DNA of 64,000 bases from Amoebidium appalachense (GCA_963693365.1 CAVNZM010000012.1:4144409-4208408), one strand, 5' to 3'; counted from the first letter of the stretch, positions 26,389-63,518 are shown. Notes: generated by a model not told the origin, from the sequence alone. A program made the numbers and translations.

Positions 26389-26965
26389 CCTTAATATATC
26401 CCCATCTTTCATCCACCCGTCCTTCAAGTCTCCCACCTACCCCTTCTTCCGCATCAATCACAAATCACAAAAAAAGTACGGGCAAAGGGATCATGACCAG
26501 GGGAAGAGGCCGGGGGGGGGGGGGGGGGGGGGGGAGAAGAAACATTTCCTGCAGGCGGGCGGGGGGGGGAGGGGGGGGGGGGGGGAAGAGGGGGGAGGAG
26601 AGGGAGGGGAAGAGGGGGAAGGTAGGGGGAGGGGAGGGAAGGGGGGGGGGGGGGGGAAGAGGGGAGGAGAGGGAGGGGAAGAGAGGGAAGGTAGGGGAGG
26701 GGAAGGAAGGGAGGGGAGGGGGGAGGAAGGGGAGAGGGGGGGGGGGGGGAGACTGGCAAGCTACTTGTCCAAATAAATGTATCCTCGAGCTCAAAAGAAC
26801 CAATGCTGATATAGTTCCATGTTATAGAGATAATGTGAGGTTTGACTGAATGGTAGTTTATGTCTAGGGGCAAAATTCAACAAAAAATAAACTTCTGGTT
26901 TGGTTATCAACAATGCATTTTGATGATTTGAATTTCAATGATGTTTTTTACCACCATTAAAATGT

Positions 26966-27027
<62 letters not shown>

Positions 27028-28149
27028 GTGTGCGCGCGTATGCATGTGTGTGTGCATGTACCACTGAGGCCACAATGTGTTCATGGATATATAACCGACA
27101 GTGTCGGCAGGTGCATATGCACTTCAGACGTCACTCCGTCTGAGAATATGCGCGTACGTATGTATGTGATGCACATGCTAAACACAAACACATGTGTGGT
27201 TTGCATTCGCTTCCGTTAATGTGCATTTTTATGTTTGAGTAATTTAAAAAAAATTAATTCTAGAGTGCGAGGCCTATAGAGGGAGCAAGACCGACGGAAG
27301 CAAACGTCTGCATTGTGTGTGAGGGGTCGGACATAGCCCATGATGGTGGTTGTCCGGAGTGAGGAAAGGGTAGAGGGGGGAAGGGGAGGGGGCTCTCTGG
27401 GAGAGAGGAAGGGGGGCAAGGCGGGGAGGGAGAGGGTGGGAGGGAGGAGGGGGAGGGGGAGTGGGGACGAGGAGAGGGGTGGGGGAGGGGAGAAGGGGGG
27501 GGGGGGAGGGGGGGGGGGGGGGAGGGGGGGATTCCTACCGTTGGCATATAGTGTGATAGAGGGGCGAAGCCGGGGCCACCAATATTCTATTGTTTATTAC
27601 CCTGGTGAACCGGTGCCAGGTGCTATGAAAGGCATTTATTGGTGATATGGACTAAATAAGGCATATCCAGGCCAATATTTTTTAGCAAAGGTTTAGGCTA
27701 AGTTGCACTTTTGTTCATCAGGTTTGCATCCCCTTAATAAATGTGCGCACGCATTGGTACGACTACTCGATCAGAGCAAACCATCCGAAAAAGGTGTTCC
27801 TATATGACGCAGTTCGATATCATAAGTAGCAAGAAAAAAGAACAAGGAGTCAGAACAGCACAATGCAAGAAAAGACAGAATATTACGAAGCCAGAATCTA
27901 CGGGATTAATGGAGAACATTATCCACAGTTTCTATCACCAAAGAAGAAAACCATTAACGTGTTAACGTGCAAGTTTATACACGTACTTAGCTATTCATAG
28001 TTTATGTCCATGTATACGTTCCGTTGACACTGGGATAGACACTCGTACTAAATGCACGATGCTCATCCATATCATATCAAAGAGCCGATAGGAAGTGACA
28101 GCCTACTTTGAGAGTCCACATCGGAATAGAACCCCATCAGTAGTCAAGT

Positions 28150-28192
<43 letters not shown>

Positions 28193-28208
28193 AAACAAAC
28201 AAAACAAA

Positions 28209-28259
<51 letters not shown>

Positions 28260-28283
28260 AAAAAAAAAAAAAAAAAAAAAAAA

Positions 28284-41507
<13,224 letters not shown>

Positions 41508-43176
41508 CGTATGAAGGTGTTTGTCACTAAGTAACTAAGTATGAGACGATAGTATTGGTGAGTATCCAAGACACAATTTTACCACTAACTTTTGTGTGCT
41601 TAATCCGGCCTATTTTGGCTTGTGTTTGAGGGTGCTTGCACAATAGCACTTAACCTGTAGGTCGACTATACTGTGAAGTGTGGTAAGGGAATAAAAGCAA
41701 TACTCTTGCCCCCTTAGCTTGGTGTGTAGTTAGAAGTGGATGAACGTGTTGAGGTGGTCACGCAGAACGAAGAACACTGGAAAATGTAGTATTAATTCTT
41801 CATCACCTTTCCGGAAACCCCACACAAGCCTCCCAGCAACAATGGACCTGCAATTTTCCTTCCTACACTTGTGTGGGTGCCCATGCATCCGAATATCGTC
41901 TTTCTAGCATCAAGTTGTTAGGTGTGAAAGTGAACAACCCTTCAGTTTCCTCAGTCCCGAACAGCTCCTGCCTGAAGGAAACGGCTGTGGCGGGACGGTG
42001 TGCACGGGCTGACACTTAAGGTATTGCTGTCATTTTGCAGAATATGACAGGTGTACAAGATGTGCATGATTTGTAGCCAACCAAAACGGATAAGAGAATT
42101 TCCTTCAACAGAGTTCGTATTCAGATTTGTAAATATAAAAAGCAATCTTACAACTCTTTAGCGTATATAGAATAAGATAAATATTACTTAGAGGTGTACT
42201 TTAAAAGTTTGAGGGCCGATTTTCAGACTTTCTGCTATAAAGTCCATGGCCTGTTCATGTCTTACCGAGTAATTGCAAGCTCAGCCGAGCTGCATGGAAA
42301 GTGACCAATCACATACGGAATGGATTTTCATTTTATTGTCCATTCTTCGTGATAACCTGGTAATGTGAAAAATGTTTGAATATTGTTAAACATGACCTGT
42401 TGAATATTTACATTTTATGAAAAGGTATGATTGGTAGATAGGACAAATAAGCCAACGCTGTTTTTTTTTGACTGGACTGTCAGGGGAATGTAAAAGCAGC
42501 GAGTCGAACGGGAAGTGCCGCCGACGACGTCGGGAAAAGGAAGGCAAGAAACGAGAGCTGACAGAGCCTCTGTCAGTCAGTGAAAAGGAGAACGGATGAG
42601 TTCGAGGAGGAGGAGGAGGTAGGGAGGAGGAGGGGGAAGAAAGGAAGGGGGTCATCGTGTTTTGATGTCGTTGTATGGCCATTGCACCACTCCGCCTGGT
42701 CCAGATGCACTTATGCGACATTGCAAGTAACGTTTGCAAGTGTATGGCATCGCTGCCAAGAATGGGTCAAGCTTTATTATGGGGTCCCCAGGCACGAAGG
42801 AGAACGTTCGGCCAAAGAAGTCCATGCATGAACACAGGCGCATGCCGGCGTATACGTAGCTACAACAGTGCTTACTGAATTCTAGCCAGAGCAAATCGAT
42901 TGACGAATTCGCCATTAATCTTCATGATTATAGTAGTACAACAAATAGCCTAGGTCAAAAAAAACAAGTGTGCTACCAGCCGGTGGCCACACCATCTGTG
43001 TTACAGCACCCATGTAAAAAAGCGCTTGTAGTGCAAAACGGCATGCCGTCAAGTGCTCGTGTCCGCTACAGGTTCTCCAGGTTGCACGCGGCTCACGATA
43101 GTCACGTTATTTGGGTCACGGTGAAGCTTTTCCGAGCATACTACGTTACACAGCCCCGCCTTCCCTCCACAGACGA

Positions 43177-43559
43177 CTAGTGCAGATACTTTGCGTGGTG
43201 CTTGATGTGGTCCTCCATGAAGGTCTGAATGAAAAACTGCAAGGAGAAAGAGTGGTGGTGGTGGTGGTGGTGGTGGTGGTAGTAGTGGGGGGGGGGGGGG
43301 GGGGGGAATGGAATGGAAAAAAAGTTAGCAAGTAGCTTTTTCTTTTCCATTAAAAAAAAAAAAAAAAAAAAACCCCCGTTATATCTCCACACCACAAGAT
43401 GTATATTTTTAACGACTTCTGAAATCCTCTTGCTGCCCGATGACAGAGAGAAAAGGACAACACCCTCAAGACCCCTTCTCCTGTTCTACAAATTCGACCC
43501 CCCCCCCCCCCCCCCCCCCCACCACAAAAAAAAAAAAAAAAAAAAAAAAAACTGGAGGG

Positions 43560-43603
<44 letters not shown>

Positions 43604-43743
43604 GAAAGGTGGGTGGGTGGATGTGTCTGAGGGAAAGCGGGGGCGAAGGAGCACACGGAGAAGGGAAAGGGGCAGGTAGGTGGGTGGATGGGCAGGTGGT
43701 GGTGGTGGTGGTGGTAGCGGTGGTGTGTGTGTGTGTGTGCGGT

Positions 43744-43786
<43 letters not shown>

Positions 43787-44269
43787 TCGTACGTAGCTGT
43801 GGTCGTAGCCCTCCTGCAGGCGCAGGGCAACAGGGAAGCCAACCTCAGAGGCGGCAGCAACGAAATTCTCCGGCAGAAGCTGCTGCTCAACATAAAACTT
43901 GTCCCCCTTGCCCTGTGTGTGTGTGTGTGTGTGTGTGTTGTGGTGGTGGTAGTGTAGGGGGGGGATTTTTTTGTGTGTGTGTGTGGGGGGGGGGGGGGGG
44001 GGGGTGATGGATTAGAGGATTGGCAACCCATCATGCAAAAACTCGAAACACATACATAAAAACACCCCGGGGGGAGGGGGGGGGGGGGGGGAGGGGGTGG
44101 GGGTCAGTCAACGACATTTACCAGATTATGTCTTTAAGTGAGTACACGTTGGGAAAAAATATTGTGAATGAGCTCAGTGTAGGCTATGAGTCGGAGGCCC
44201 GCCGACTCGGAGCGTAACCGACTGTGTGCTTGAAGAAACGAGTGCGAGGTTGACCGGGGGACAGGAGAA

Positions 44270-44330
<61 letters not shown>

Positions 44331-44533
44331 ATGCATCATAAGAGTACAAAGTGCACATTCATGACGGACAACACAATGCAAAGTGCGATTAAAGCACACA
44401 TAGAGAGTATGCAACATACGCAGAGCCCGTTCTCAGGGGAGAGCTTCGACCCATTCAGCTCGTCGACGAGAACCAACTCAGATACTGCTTCACTTCACGG
44501 GTGAGTCGGTGGGTAGGTTGGTGGGTGGGGGGG

Positions 44534-44628
<95 letters not shown>

Positions 44629-45234
44629 GGGGGAGGCGGGGCCGGGGGGTTGGGGGGGGGGGGGAGGGGGTGGTTAGTACCTGGTCAATCAGCACGTCGA
44701 GTGGTGGGCCGGGGTACTTCTTGACCAAAAATGTGGCATCATAATCCTGCAACGGAGACAAAACTTAATGTTTAGTTAAACCCGTGGGGGGATTAAGTGC
44801 GCAGCCATAGGAGGTGAAGTGAGGCTGTTCTTTTATCGATGGGGGCGGGGAAGGGGGGGGGGGGGGGGGGGGGGGAGGATTCACCACAACATTTGATAGC
44901 TTTTGTCAGCCGCAACTGCAACTGCAATCTCAACAGCCCCCCCCCCCCCCCTCTCCCTCTCTCTTTTCCCTACGAATAGGGAAAAGAGAGAGGGAGGGGG
45001 AGGGGGGGGGAGGGGGGGAGTGGGAGGAGAGGTGAAGGAGGAGGGGGGTTTGATTGCAATACAGAGTACGAAGTACACAATGACGGCAGACAACATAATG
45101 CAGGTATTGACAAAAAGAAAGAAAGAGAATAAAAGCTCAAGAAAACAAGCAGACAAAGAAAGGAGCCGACAAGGGAACTCATACAAGACATCGTGGTATC
45201 ATGACTAGAGCCCATCCTCAGTAGGGGAGAAGGC

Positions 45235-45265
<31 letters not shown>

Positions 45266-45509
45266 ATAATAGCAAGAGCAACAAACTACATTTAATTTGA
45301 TTAGTCTACACCTGCCACTACAAATACAACAACGGCAACACCTGCAGTATCCGGCAAAAAATCCAACAAATAATCATCGGAAAAACACAGATTCTAAAAA
45401 CAAAACCCTACCTCCCACTGGCCGTTGTCTGGGCCGAGGTACCCGGTAAAGGCTAATTGGCCCCAAGGACAGTTGGTCGGGTTGCAGATGGGCGCAAACG
45501 CAGACACGG

Positions 45510-45577
<68 letters not shown>

Positions 45578-45629
45578 AAAAAATACACATCCACCAAGTC
45601 CAGCCCCCCCCATCCCCTTCCGCGGAAAA

Positions 45630-45728
<99 letters not shown>

Positions 45729-47254
45729 CAACAACAACAACAACAAAAAAGACAGAGAAAAGCAAACAAAGAAAGTGAACAAAAACAATCCACGTTCCGT
45801 TCATTATAAAAACATAACAGAAGACCTAACCACCACAACCTCCCCCCTCCTCCCCCCCCCCCCCCCCCCCCTGTCTCTCTCTTGGCGTCTGGTATTCCAG
45901 AGCTGTGTGCACCCACGTGTCTCGTTTATTTTTGGTGTGTGGTATTGTAAGGGGGGGGGGGGGGGGGGTGTGTTTGAATGCGGTACACGGTACGAAGTAC
46001 ACATACACGATGAGAAGCATGGTGCAGGACACATGCAAAGGCAAACATTCAAGTATGCAACATCAGCCATGCGCACAGTATGCGTCATAAGCAGAGCCCA
46101 TCCTCGGGGAGGGCCCAAGTCATCCATTGCGTCTGAGTTTCGACCCCTTAGCCCGCGTATAAACGACGCACCAACTCAGACAGCAGCATCAACTGAAGTT
46201 GGGAGGGTCAACCAGTCTTGATCAAAGACGATCAGGGTTGCTTATGCAAGCAAAGTGAGCTAAACGGTGAAGATGTGTGTGCAAGCTAATGCAGTGCAGC
46301 AAAAAATGTGTATGTGCTACATATGCACGACACAGAGCAACCATGCCCGGTTGCATGGAAGTAAAGCGGTCTCCACGCAGTGGTCTGTCCTGAAAGGACA
46401 CCTCTAAGAGAAGACTTGGGGGGGGGTTAATGCGGAACACGGTACGAAGTACGCATACACGATGAGAAGCATGGTGCAGGACACATGCAAAGGCAAACGC
46501 TCAAGTATGCAACATCAGCCATGCGCACAGTATGCGTCATAAGCAGAGCCCATCCCCAGGGGGGGCCCAAGTCATCCATTACGATTGAGTTTCGGCCCCT
46601 TAGCCCGCGTATATACGACGCTCCAACTCAGACAGCAGCATCAACTCAACTTGGGAGGGTCAACCCGGGGGGCGGTTTGACTAATTGCTACCCGCGCATG
46701 AACTATAATTTTGTTTTCTAAGCTCCAAACACATGCACATAATGCCTCCGAGCCAAATAAATCCCTATTCCCCCCTCCCACAACTAACACCATTAGCATC
46801 CACTTCCTTATATGGTTCGAAACATCGATAATCCATTCGCTGATTCAGAGGGGGGTAGCGTATGCACAAGGGGGAGCAGTTATTTACCGACCTTGTATTG
46901 ACCTGGGTTCTTGAGTGCGCAGATCAGAGCACCGTGACCACCCATGCTGAAAATAAGTGTCAGTATTGAGCCTCCCCCCCCCCCCCCCCCCCCCTATACA
47001 AAAAAAAAAAGACAAAAAGAGACGAAGACACAGCCGTGGGAAGAAAAACACAGAAATGCATGCATAATAACATTCAATGCCACACTCAAACCTCCTTCCC
47101 CCCTCCCACCCACCCACGGTGGGGGGGTCACCTTGCCCTTGGCTGCCTGTACCATCAAAAGCCTGCGGAAGAGGGGGGGGAGGGGGGGGGGCTGCAAAGC
47201 ACATTTGTTCCCCCATTCGCAGTCTTGTTACGCACAGCTAAAGGGGTAAATGTG

Positions 47255-47294
<40 letters not shown>

Positions 47295-47299
47295 GTTTG

Positions 47300-47336
<37 letters not shown>

Positions 47337-47445
47337 GGGGGAGGGGGTGGTGGTGGAGGGTTTCACACCACGAACAAAGACTCACGGTATAATACAATGA
47401 TGAGTTCTATTTATAATACGATGATAAGTTCTATTTTTTTTTTTG

Positions 47446-47483
<38 letters not shown>

Positions 47484-48614
47484 CACTGTGGAGTATGCAA
47501 AACGAGGGAAATTCATCCTCAGTTTGATCCCCAGGGGGGGGGGGGGGGGGGAGGGGGGTAATTCATCGAGGGGTTGGAACTGGAGGTTGAGAATTATAAA
47601 TGGTGAACAAAGGGAGGGAGGGAGGGATGGGGGGAGGTGGGGGGGGGGAAGGGGTTCATGTAAAACCTGTGGCCGAAGATTGAGGTTGCGTCCTTGACGG
47701 TGTTGAATGAGGAATGGACCAGCTCATGCAGCTCTTTGGTGATGTAACTGTACATGTTGTAGTGTGTGGACCACTTGGGCTCAGTGGCATCAACATAGAA
47801 CCCGGCACCTAATGAAAATAAAAAGGAAAAGGGGGCAAGGGGCAAGATGGAATAAAATGGAAAAAGAGAGGAGAGAGGGCAAAAGAAAGGTGAGAACCCT
47901 GCATCAATTTATAAAGATGAGAAAACAGGAAAAAGGCAAGAAAAATGAAAAAAGAAAGAAGAAAAAACGGGGAAAGAAGAATAGGTAGGAATAAATGAAG
48001 GGAAATGAAACCGGAAGCAGAACGAATTGAGAATAGGTGGTTTTTAATTTTTATTTTATCTGTTTGTTTATTCAATATTTTATTCTATTCTATTTTTTGG
48101 CGGGGGGACGGGGGGAGAGGAGGTATCAGGTGTATGATTCGAAATCACGTCTGTGCCATATTAAAATACATGTTTGCATGTGCAGGAGGAGATTGTTATT
48201 TGCTTTCGCAAGGGTGAATCCCTGACAGAACAAAGACTTTGTAAATAGGAGGAGAGCCTATCTTCCCTCGGGGGGGAGGGGGGGGGGGGGGTTGAATGCG
48301 TCATAAAGTACGAAGTACACGAGAACAACGGATAACGATGCAGAATGCAAACCATACATAAGGAGTATGCATAATAAGCAGAGCCCATCCTCAGGAGGGG
48401 GAGGGGGGGGGAGGGGGGGGGGTGTGGCAACAACCGTACTCGGAAATCAACCCAGTCATCTCAGGCACACGCTCAGCTCGTAACCACAAGTAGGGTCGCA
48501 TATGCTGACAGCTAAGCACAAAAGCAGAGGGAATGCATTCGTTTGATTATTTATTTCTATTTTTCTTTCTATATATATATATATATATATATTGGGGGGG
48601 GGGGGGGGGGGGGT

Positions 48615-48698
<84 letters not shown>

Positions 48699-48836
48699 GA
48701 AGGGGAACGGGGGGAGGGGGGGGGGGGAGGGGGGATTTAAAATGAACTTACCGCTGCCGAAGTCCCAAGAGTCATCCTCGCCGTCAATGTTGGTGGCCCC
48801 TGCATAAATGGGCAAGATAACAAACCAATGAGCAGT

Positions 48837-48870
<34 letters not shown>

Positions 48871-49585
48871 ATGAGAGGACAAGGAGAGGCAGAGGGCAAA
48901 ACCAAAATCCCCCCCCCCCCCAAAAAAAAATTTTTTTTTGACCGATTGTCTTCCCCATCTCTCATAAACATATACCCCAGATAAAGATTTGTTTAGATGC
49001 CCTTTGAGTCCAACTTACGTGGGCTGGTGTCGGGGGCGACAATTATTAGACCCTCCTCGGAGGCGGGCTTGAAAGCATGGGCCTTGGTTACGAAATTCTG
49101 ATCCGTACACGTGAGACCTGCAAGGGGGGGGGGGGGGGGGGGGGGGGGGACACAGGCACGTGTGCGCACGTGGATGTGAGGGGTTGAGGGGAGGGAGGGG
49201 GAAGAAGTGAGGGAGGACGAGATGGAGTCTGGGGGGGGGGAGAAGGGGCATTGGAAGGGAAGAGAGGGGGGATTTGGGGGGGGGGGGGGGTGGAATACAC
49301 CACACACAACATACATGGAATACTTAGTCGACATTCCAACCAGAGATTGGTTTGTACCCTCATTGGGTCAACTGTATAGACTCGAACATTGCCTACTGGA
49401 TGCGCATAGCAGAATGCATATGGATGGGTTCAATAGGAGGGATTTGGTGTAGGTCTTCAGGCGGTCTCATGGGACCCACTCCAATTAACTGCAAACCGAA
49501 AAATGTCGTGTTTTACATGGTTTCTATAAAAATCTATATACATATACATATATGACACACACACACACACAGATATATCTTGATT

Positions 49586-49649
<64 letters not shown>

Positions 49650-50526
49650 GTACATTGTGTATAACTACATAATCATCAGAGGAAGAAAAAAATTGGTAAG
49701 AAGGAGACGGGAAAAAGAAGAGAATAAAACGGAAGAAGTTAGGGGGTCTGGGGAGGAGAGCATGGAGAGAGAGAGACCGACGGACTGATAGCAAGGGACA
49801 AACGCACACACAAACACATTCGTCTCTACACACACAGAGAGAGAGAGGGGGGGGGGGGGGGGGGGAAGAGATGGAGGCTGTATGTCTGTGTGCGCGCGTG
49901 CGCGCGCGCGCGTGTGTGTGAGCGTGCGAGCACGTGCATGTGTGTTTGTGCTTGCGCCGTGTGTTTGTGTGTATATGTATGTGCCCGCACATGCCTTCAT
50001 GCACATCCAGGTTGTTGTTTCAGTTCTGTGCTTTAAGTAGATGGGGAGGGGGAGGGGGGCTTGGGGCAGGGGATGTTACCAGACAGGTAAAACAGAACAG
50101 GGCAGGCCTTCAATGCAGCTTGTGGGGGAAGATAGACAGAAAATACCATCTCACAGTTCAGCACCGCACTGGGGGTGCAGACGTGTTAGACAGGTTTCAA
50201 CAAAGTAAGGAGAAAACAGCAAAAGAAAAACAGAAACTGCCGGAGACACAGGGTTTTTTTCTAGTGGAGATTTAATTCCGTGCACAGCGATCATGACGTA
50301 ACCTTAGAATGGCTTTAATTAAACCCACACGCAGAAGAGACAAAAGAGTTTTCAAGGGTTCTCAATGCAGGTCGGGTACGTGTATAACTCTTAGTAAAGC
50401 AGGTGCATCTTGAGTTGGTGATGCAGACACCTATCTTGGTGCCCATCAAAGACAATTGGGTTACCTTTGGTGGCGAAACTGCTTGATGTGGCCACCAAAA
50501 ACCTTGACACTCGAGACTTCCTCCAT
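43177..50526 (-). CDS. ESD: S-formylglutathione hydrolase (esterase D), 279 aa
   Basis: 10 exons: 50526-50465, 50168-50080, 49117-49019, 48799-48752, 47808-47667, 46946-46892, 45510-45412, 44746-44681, 43912-43793, 43236-43177. Motifs [46 protein letters not shown]. Confidence 0.97.
44329..44500 (-). mobile_element. Diverged Penelope-like repeat copy
   Basis: Minus strand gtatctgagttgg ttctcgtcgacgag ctgaatgggtcgaagc...ccctgagaacgggctctg...gatgcatt then poly-C. Confidence 0.8.
45049..45228 (-). mobile_element. Diverged Penelope-like repeat 3' fragment
   Basis: Minus strand ctgaggatgggctct ... gtgtacttcgtactctgtattgcaatcaaacccc. Confidence 0.7.
45973..46667 (-). mobile_element. Two tandem Penelope-like repeat copies (45973-46350 and 46427-46667)
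   Basis: Both are closely similar to 30198-30579; a longer and a shorter copy head to tail, joined at a G-tract. Confidence 0.9.
48291..48400 (-). mobile_element. Penelope-like repeat 3' fragment (subfamily A)
   Basis: Nearly the same sequence as 4505-4615; bounded by G-tracts. Confidence 0.85.
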
Positions 50527-51864
50527 TTTCGCCGAAGAAACGTGCACAGACGTTGAACTAAGTCGCAAGTGCTATAGTCGAGAGTCTTTTGGCAAGCTAC
50601 ATCATAAGGTGTCGCCGTGTGGTGACTTTTCAGTTTTTATGATCGCCGAGTTCAACAGTCAGGAAAGGAAGTTGACGTGAAAGTTTCTTCAATAGTCTGC
50701 CAAATGCATGACGTTTTAAGATTACTTCTTGTCTCGGCCATGTCAGCAAAATCTTCATTATAGAGTCTAATTTGTTAGACTAATATTTATTTTTAACCAT
50801 ATATGGGAAATAGGCATTATTTTTTTGGCGCCAAAACACTTCCATATAAAGCATTTGATTCCGCATTTATTCCGCTCGTCCTCCGTAAGTTTTCCGCACA
50901 TGACTTGAACTTGCGCAAGTCATTCCCAACCTTGATGAGGTTCGGTACAAGGTATCCGGGCCATGCCTCTGCTCCGGCCCGCGGGTCACCGCCGGCCCGC
51001 GAGCTCCCCGCCCCCACCTCCACCTCTCCCTCTCTCTCCTCTCTCCCCCCCCTGCGCACGTACACACACAAAAGGGGAAAGCACCTGTGCTCTTTCTGTT
51101 GGTGTAGTGCTGGGGCCCGGGTTCCTGCTAAGCCCTTGATTGAAAGCGGCTACAAGTGTACGTTAGGAGCATCGTCTGTAGGTGAGATTCGCCTTAGTTG
51201 CAGCATACGGACAACTTGTTGGCGTCATGTAGCTGGCGTAGAGAGGACGTACTTTGGGTTGCGGTGATATAGTTGAGACTACTGGGATATTATGTAGCTT
51301 TTTTTTCTGGTCAAGACAAACCGCAAGTTTTCGTTACAGTCTTTCAGCTACGACCCATTTTAAACCGTGTTGTGGGACGGACGAAAAGAGGAAGTGTACG
51401 GCAGCTTGCCAAAAGGTGTTGGGCAAACACATGACTGAACAGGCAAAACGAAATTCGAGCTTACAGCGTCTACTGAAACTCTTATTCAGGGAATTCATTT
51501 TTTGATATGCTAGGGAAACAATTCTTGTGATTGAGATTTTAGCTACACTCTTTTCGTTAACTTCTTTGAAAGCTTGATTCAGTTTGAAAGCTGGAGGCAG
51601 GAAGAGGTTAAGGGAAGAGGTTAAGGGCTTTGGGGGAACACAGGGTGTGCAGAAAGAGAGGCCGCATGGCTACGTCTTGTACAAGCACACTTTGCTGTGT
51701 AGATTCCGCTGTGTTGCGTCAGCATATATGTTGTTGGAGATGGCCACAGGAACACTTGCATACACGCGCCACCTCACCTGCAGGCATCATGGATTCACAA
51801 CACTCGCACGCACAAACACATACACTATCACACATCCACAAACATGCGCGCGTGCGCGTGCGCG

Positions 51865-51920
<56 letters not shown>

Positions 51921-52262
51921 CACTCACACCTATGCCTGCGCAAACACGTCTGCACACATACAAATACTCTACTTCTCTATGCTCTACACGTGCACACCTA
52001 TAGATCGGGAAAGAATATATGTACACTCACAAGGGATTCACGGACCAAGTTTTAGCAGAAAACGTACAATCAAAAATTGATGGAGAACCGATCGTGAACT
52101 GGAGCTTAAGGTCGACCGCAGATTGCTTTTGCAACACCAAACTACGCCATGATTTCTTATCCAGAGCCGTGAACCTCATCTCACGTGAAAAAAAAAAAAA
52201 AAAAAAGATGAGCACACTCTTTTTCACAATTTCCATGTTTTTTCTTGCTTGCAGGATCAGCC

Positions 52263-62537
<10,275 letters not shown>

Positions 62538-62750
62538 GTACGGTGTCTTTTTTTTTCCCTCCGTGCTCTCACTTGATGTATTCTTGCCCCTTACACCTCT
62601 CGCTCATGTACACAATATGGACACAAGTGCTCAATCACTCTCTCGCCGGCTTTATCGCTCTCTCGCCCCTTCCCTCTCCGTCTCTCTCTCACTCACACAC
62701 ACACACTCTCCCTCTCTCTCTCTCTCTCTCTCACTCACTCACTCACTCAC

Positions 62751-62781
<31 letters not shown>

Positions 62782-62884
62782 ATCTGTCCACTTCTGCATA
62801 CCCCCTCTCATAGCTATAGACACACTTCACACATTGCGTTACGCGCACGCATGCACACACCGCTCTGTTGGCGACAGCTCCCTT

Positions 62885-63518
62885 GGAACCCATGCGGCAT
62901 GTTACCCGCCGGCGTAACATAACTCGGACTATCGGTTTGGCTTTTTTCAAGCCCAAAGCAATGGGTGATACCATATTTCCGGGCTGACATCCGGGGGCAT
63001 AGCTTTCCGTTCGAAGACGTTAAAGTTCTGCCCTAGTAAGCGTGTTACTACCCTGCGGCGTGGGTCAAATCTCATATTTTCCCCTCTGATTGAGAATTCT
63101 GCGGCCTTCGGGACTTAATTCTTTTTAGCTGGTGTAGTATGTTAGCCAGGGAAGTATCGACTTAGGTAGTGACGTGGGAGCTTCCCAGAAGCCCCGTCTC
63201 CTGAGTTCGTATCTATATTTTTCTTGCTTCTGCTTACTGCTGCAACCTTAACCCCCGGCCATTCCCACTGCCCTTGCCTGCATAAGCAACCCTGCTCGTC
63301 TCTGATCAAGACGGGTGACCTACCCATGTTCAAGTGAAACAGTATCTGAGTTGGGTTTCGTTAACGAGGTGAATAGGTCGAAACTCGGGTACTGTGGATG
63401 ATGGCCCCCCCCTGAGGATGGGCTCTGCTTATTATGCATACTCTTTATGTATGGCTTGTATTCTGCAACGTGTTATCCGTTTGTTCTTGTGTACTTCGTA
63501 CATTATGACGCATTTAAA
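62885..63518 (+). mobile_element. 5'-truncated Penelope-like retroelement: decayed GIY-YIG endonuclease C-terminal half plus structured 3' region
   Basis: Frameshifted peptides *HNSDYR, KAMGD(H), GHSFPFEDVKVL and SWCSML occur in the order of the PLE endonuclease pattern EHxxxxR...SALAEH...GHxFDFxNVKIL...W. 63270-63518 is homologous to the dispersed repeats and ends at poly-C. Confidence 0.65.
63339..63425 (+). ncRNA. Candidate non-circularly permuted hammerhead ribozyme
   Basis: acagtatctgaGTT ggg tttcgttaacgaggtgaata ggtc GAAAC tcgggtactgt ggatgatggcccc ccc CTGAGGA tg ggct; 13-bp stem III pairs 63339-63351 with 63383-63395. Confidence 0.5.

Noticed and set aside
41950-43180. Short non-repetitive ORFs between the DOMON gene and ESD
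   Set aside because: No recognisable motif, codon bias or splice chain; likely promoter and 3' UTR sequence.
50803-51505. ORFs and a faint tRNA-like stretch between ESD and NDUFS1
   Set aside because: No cloverleaf or A/B boxes and no protein motif; likely a divergent promoter and 5' UTR region.
63339-63395. Conventional type III hammerhead using (C/G)TRA.. just before GTCGAAAC as the core
   Set aside because: That segment does not conserve CUGANGA and leaves no room for stem II; the conserved CUGAGGA lies downstream.
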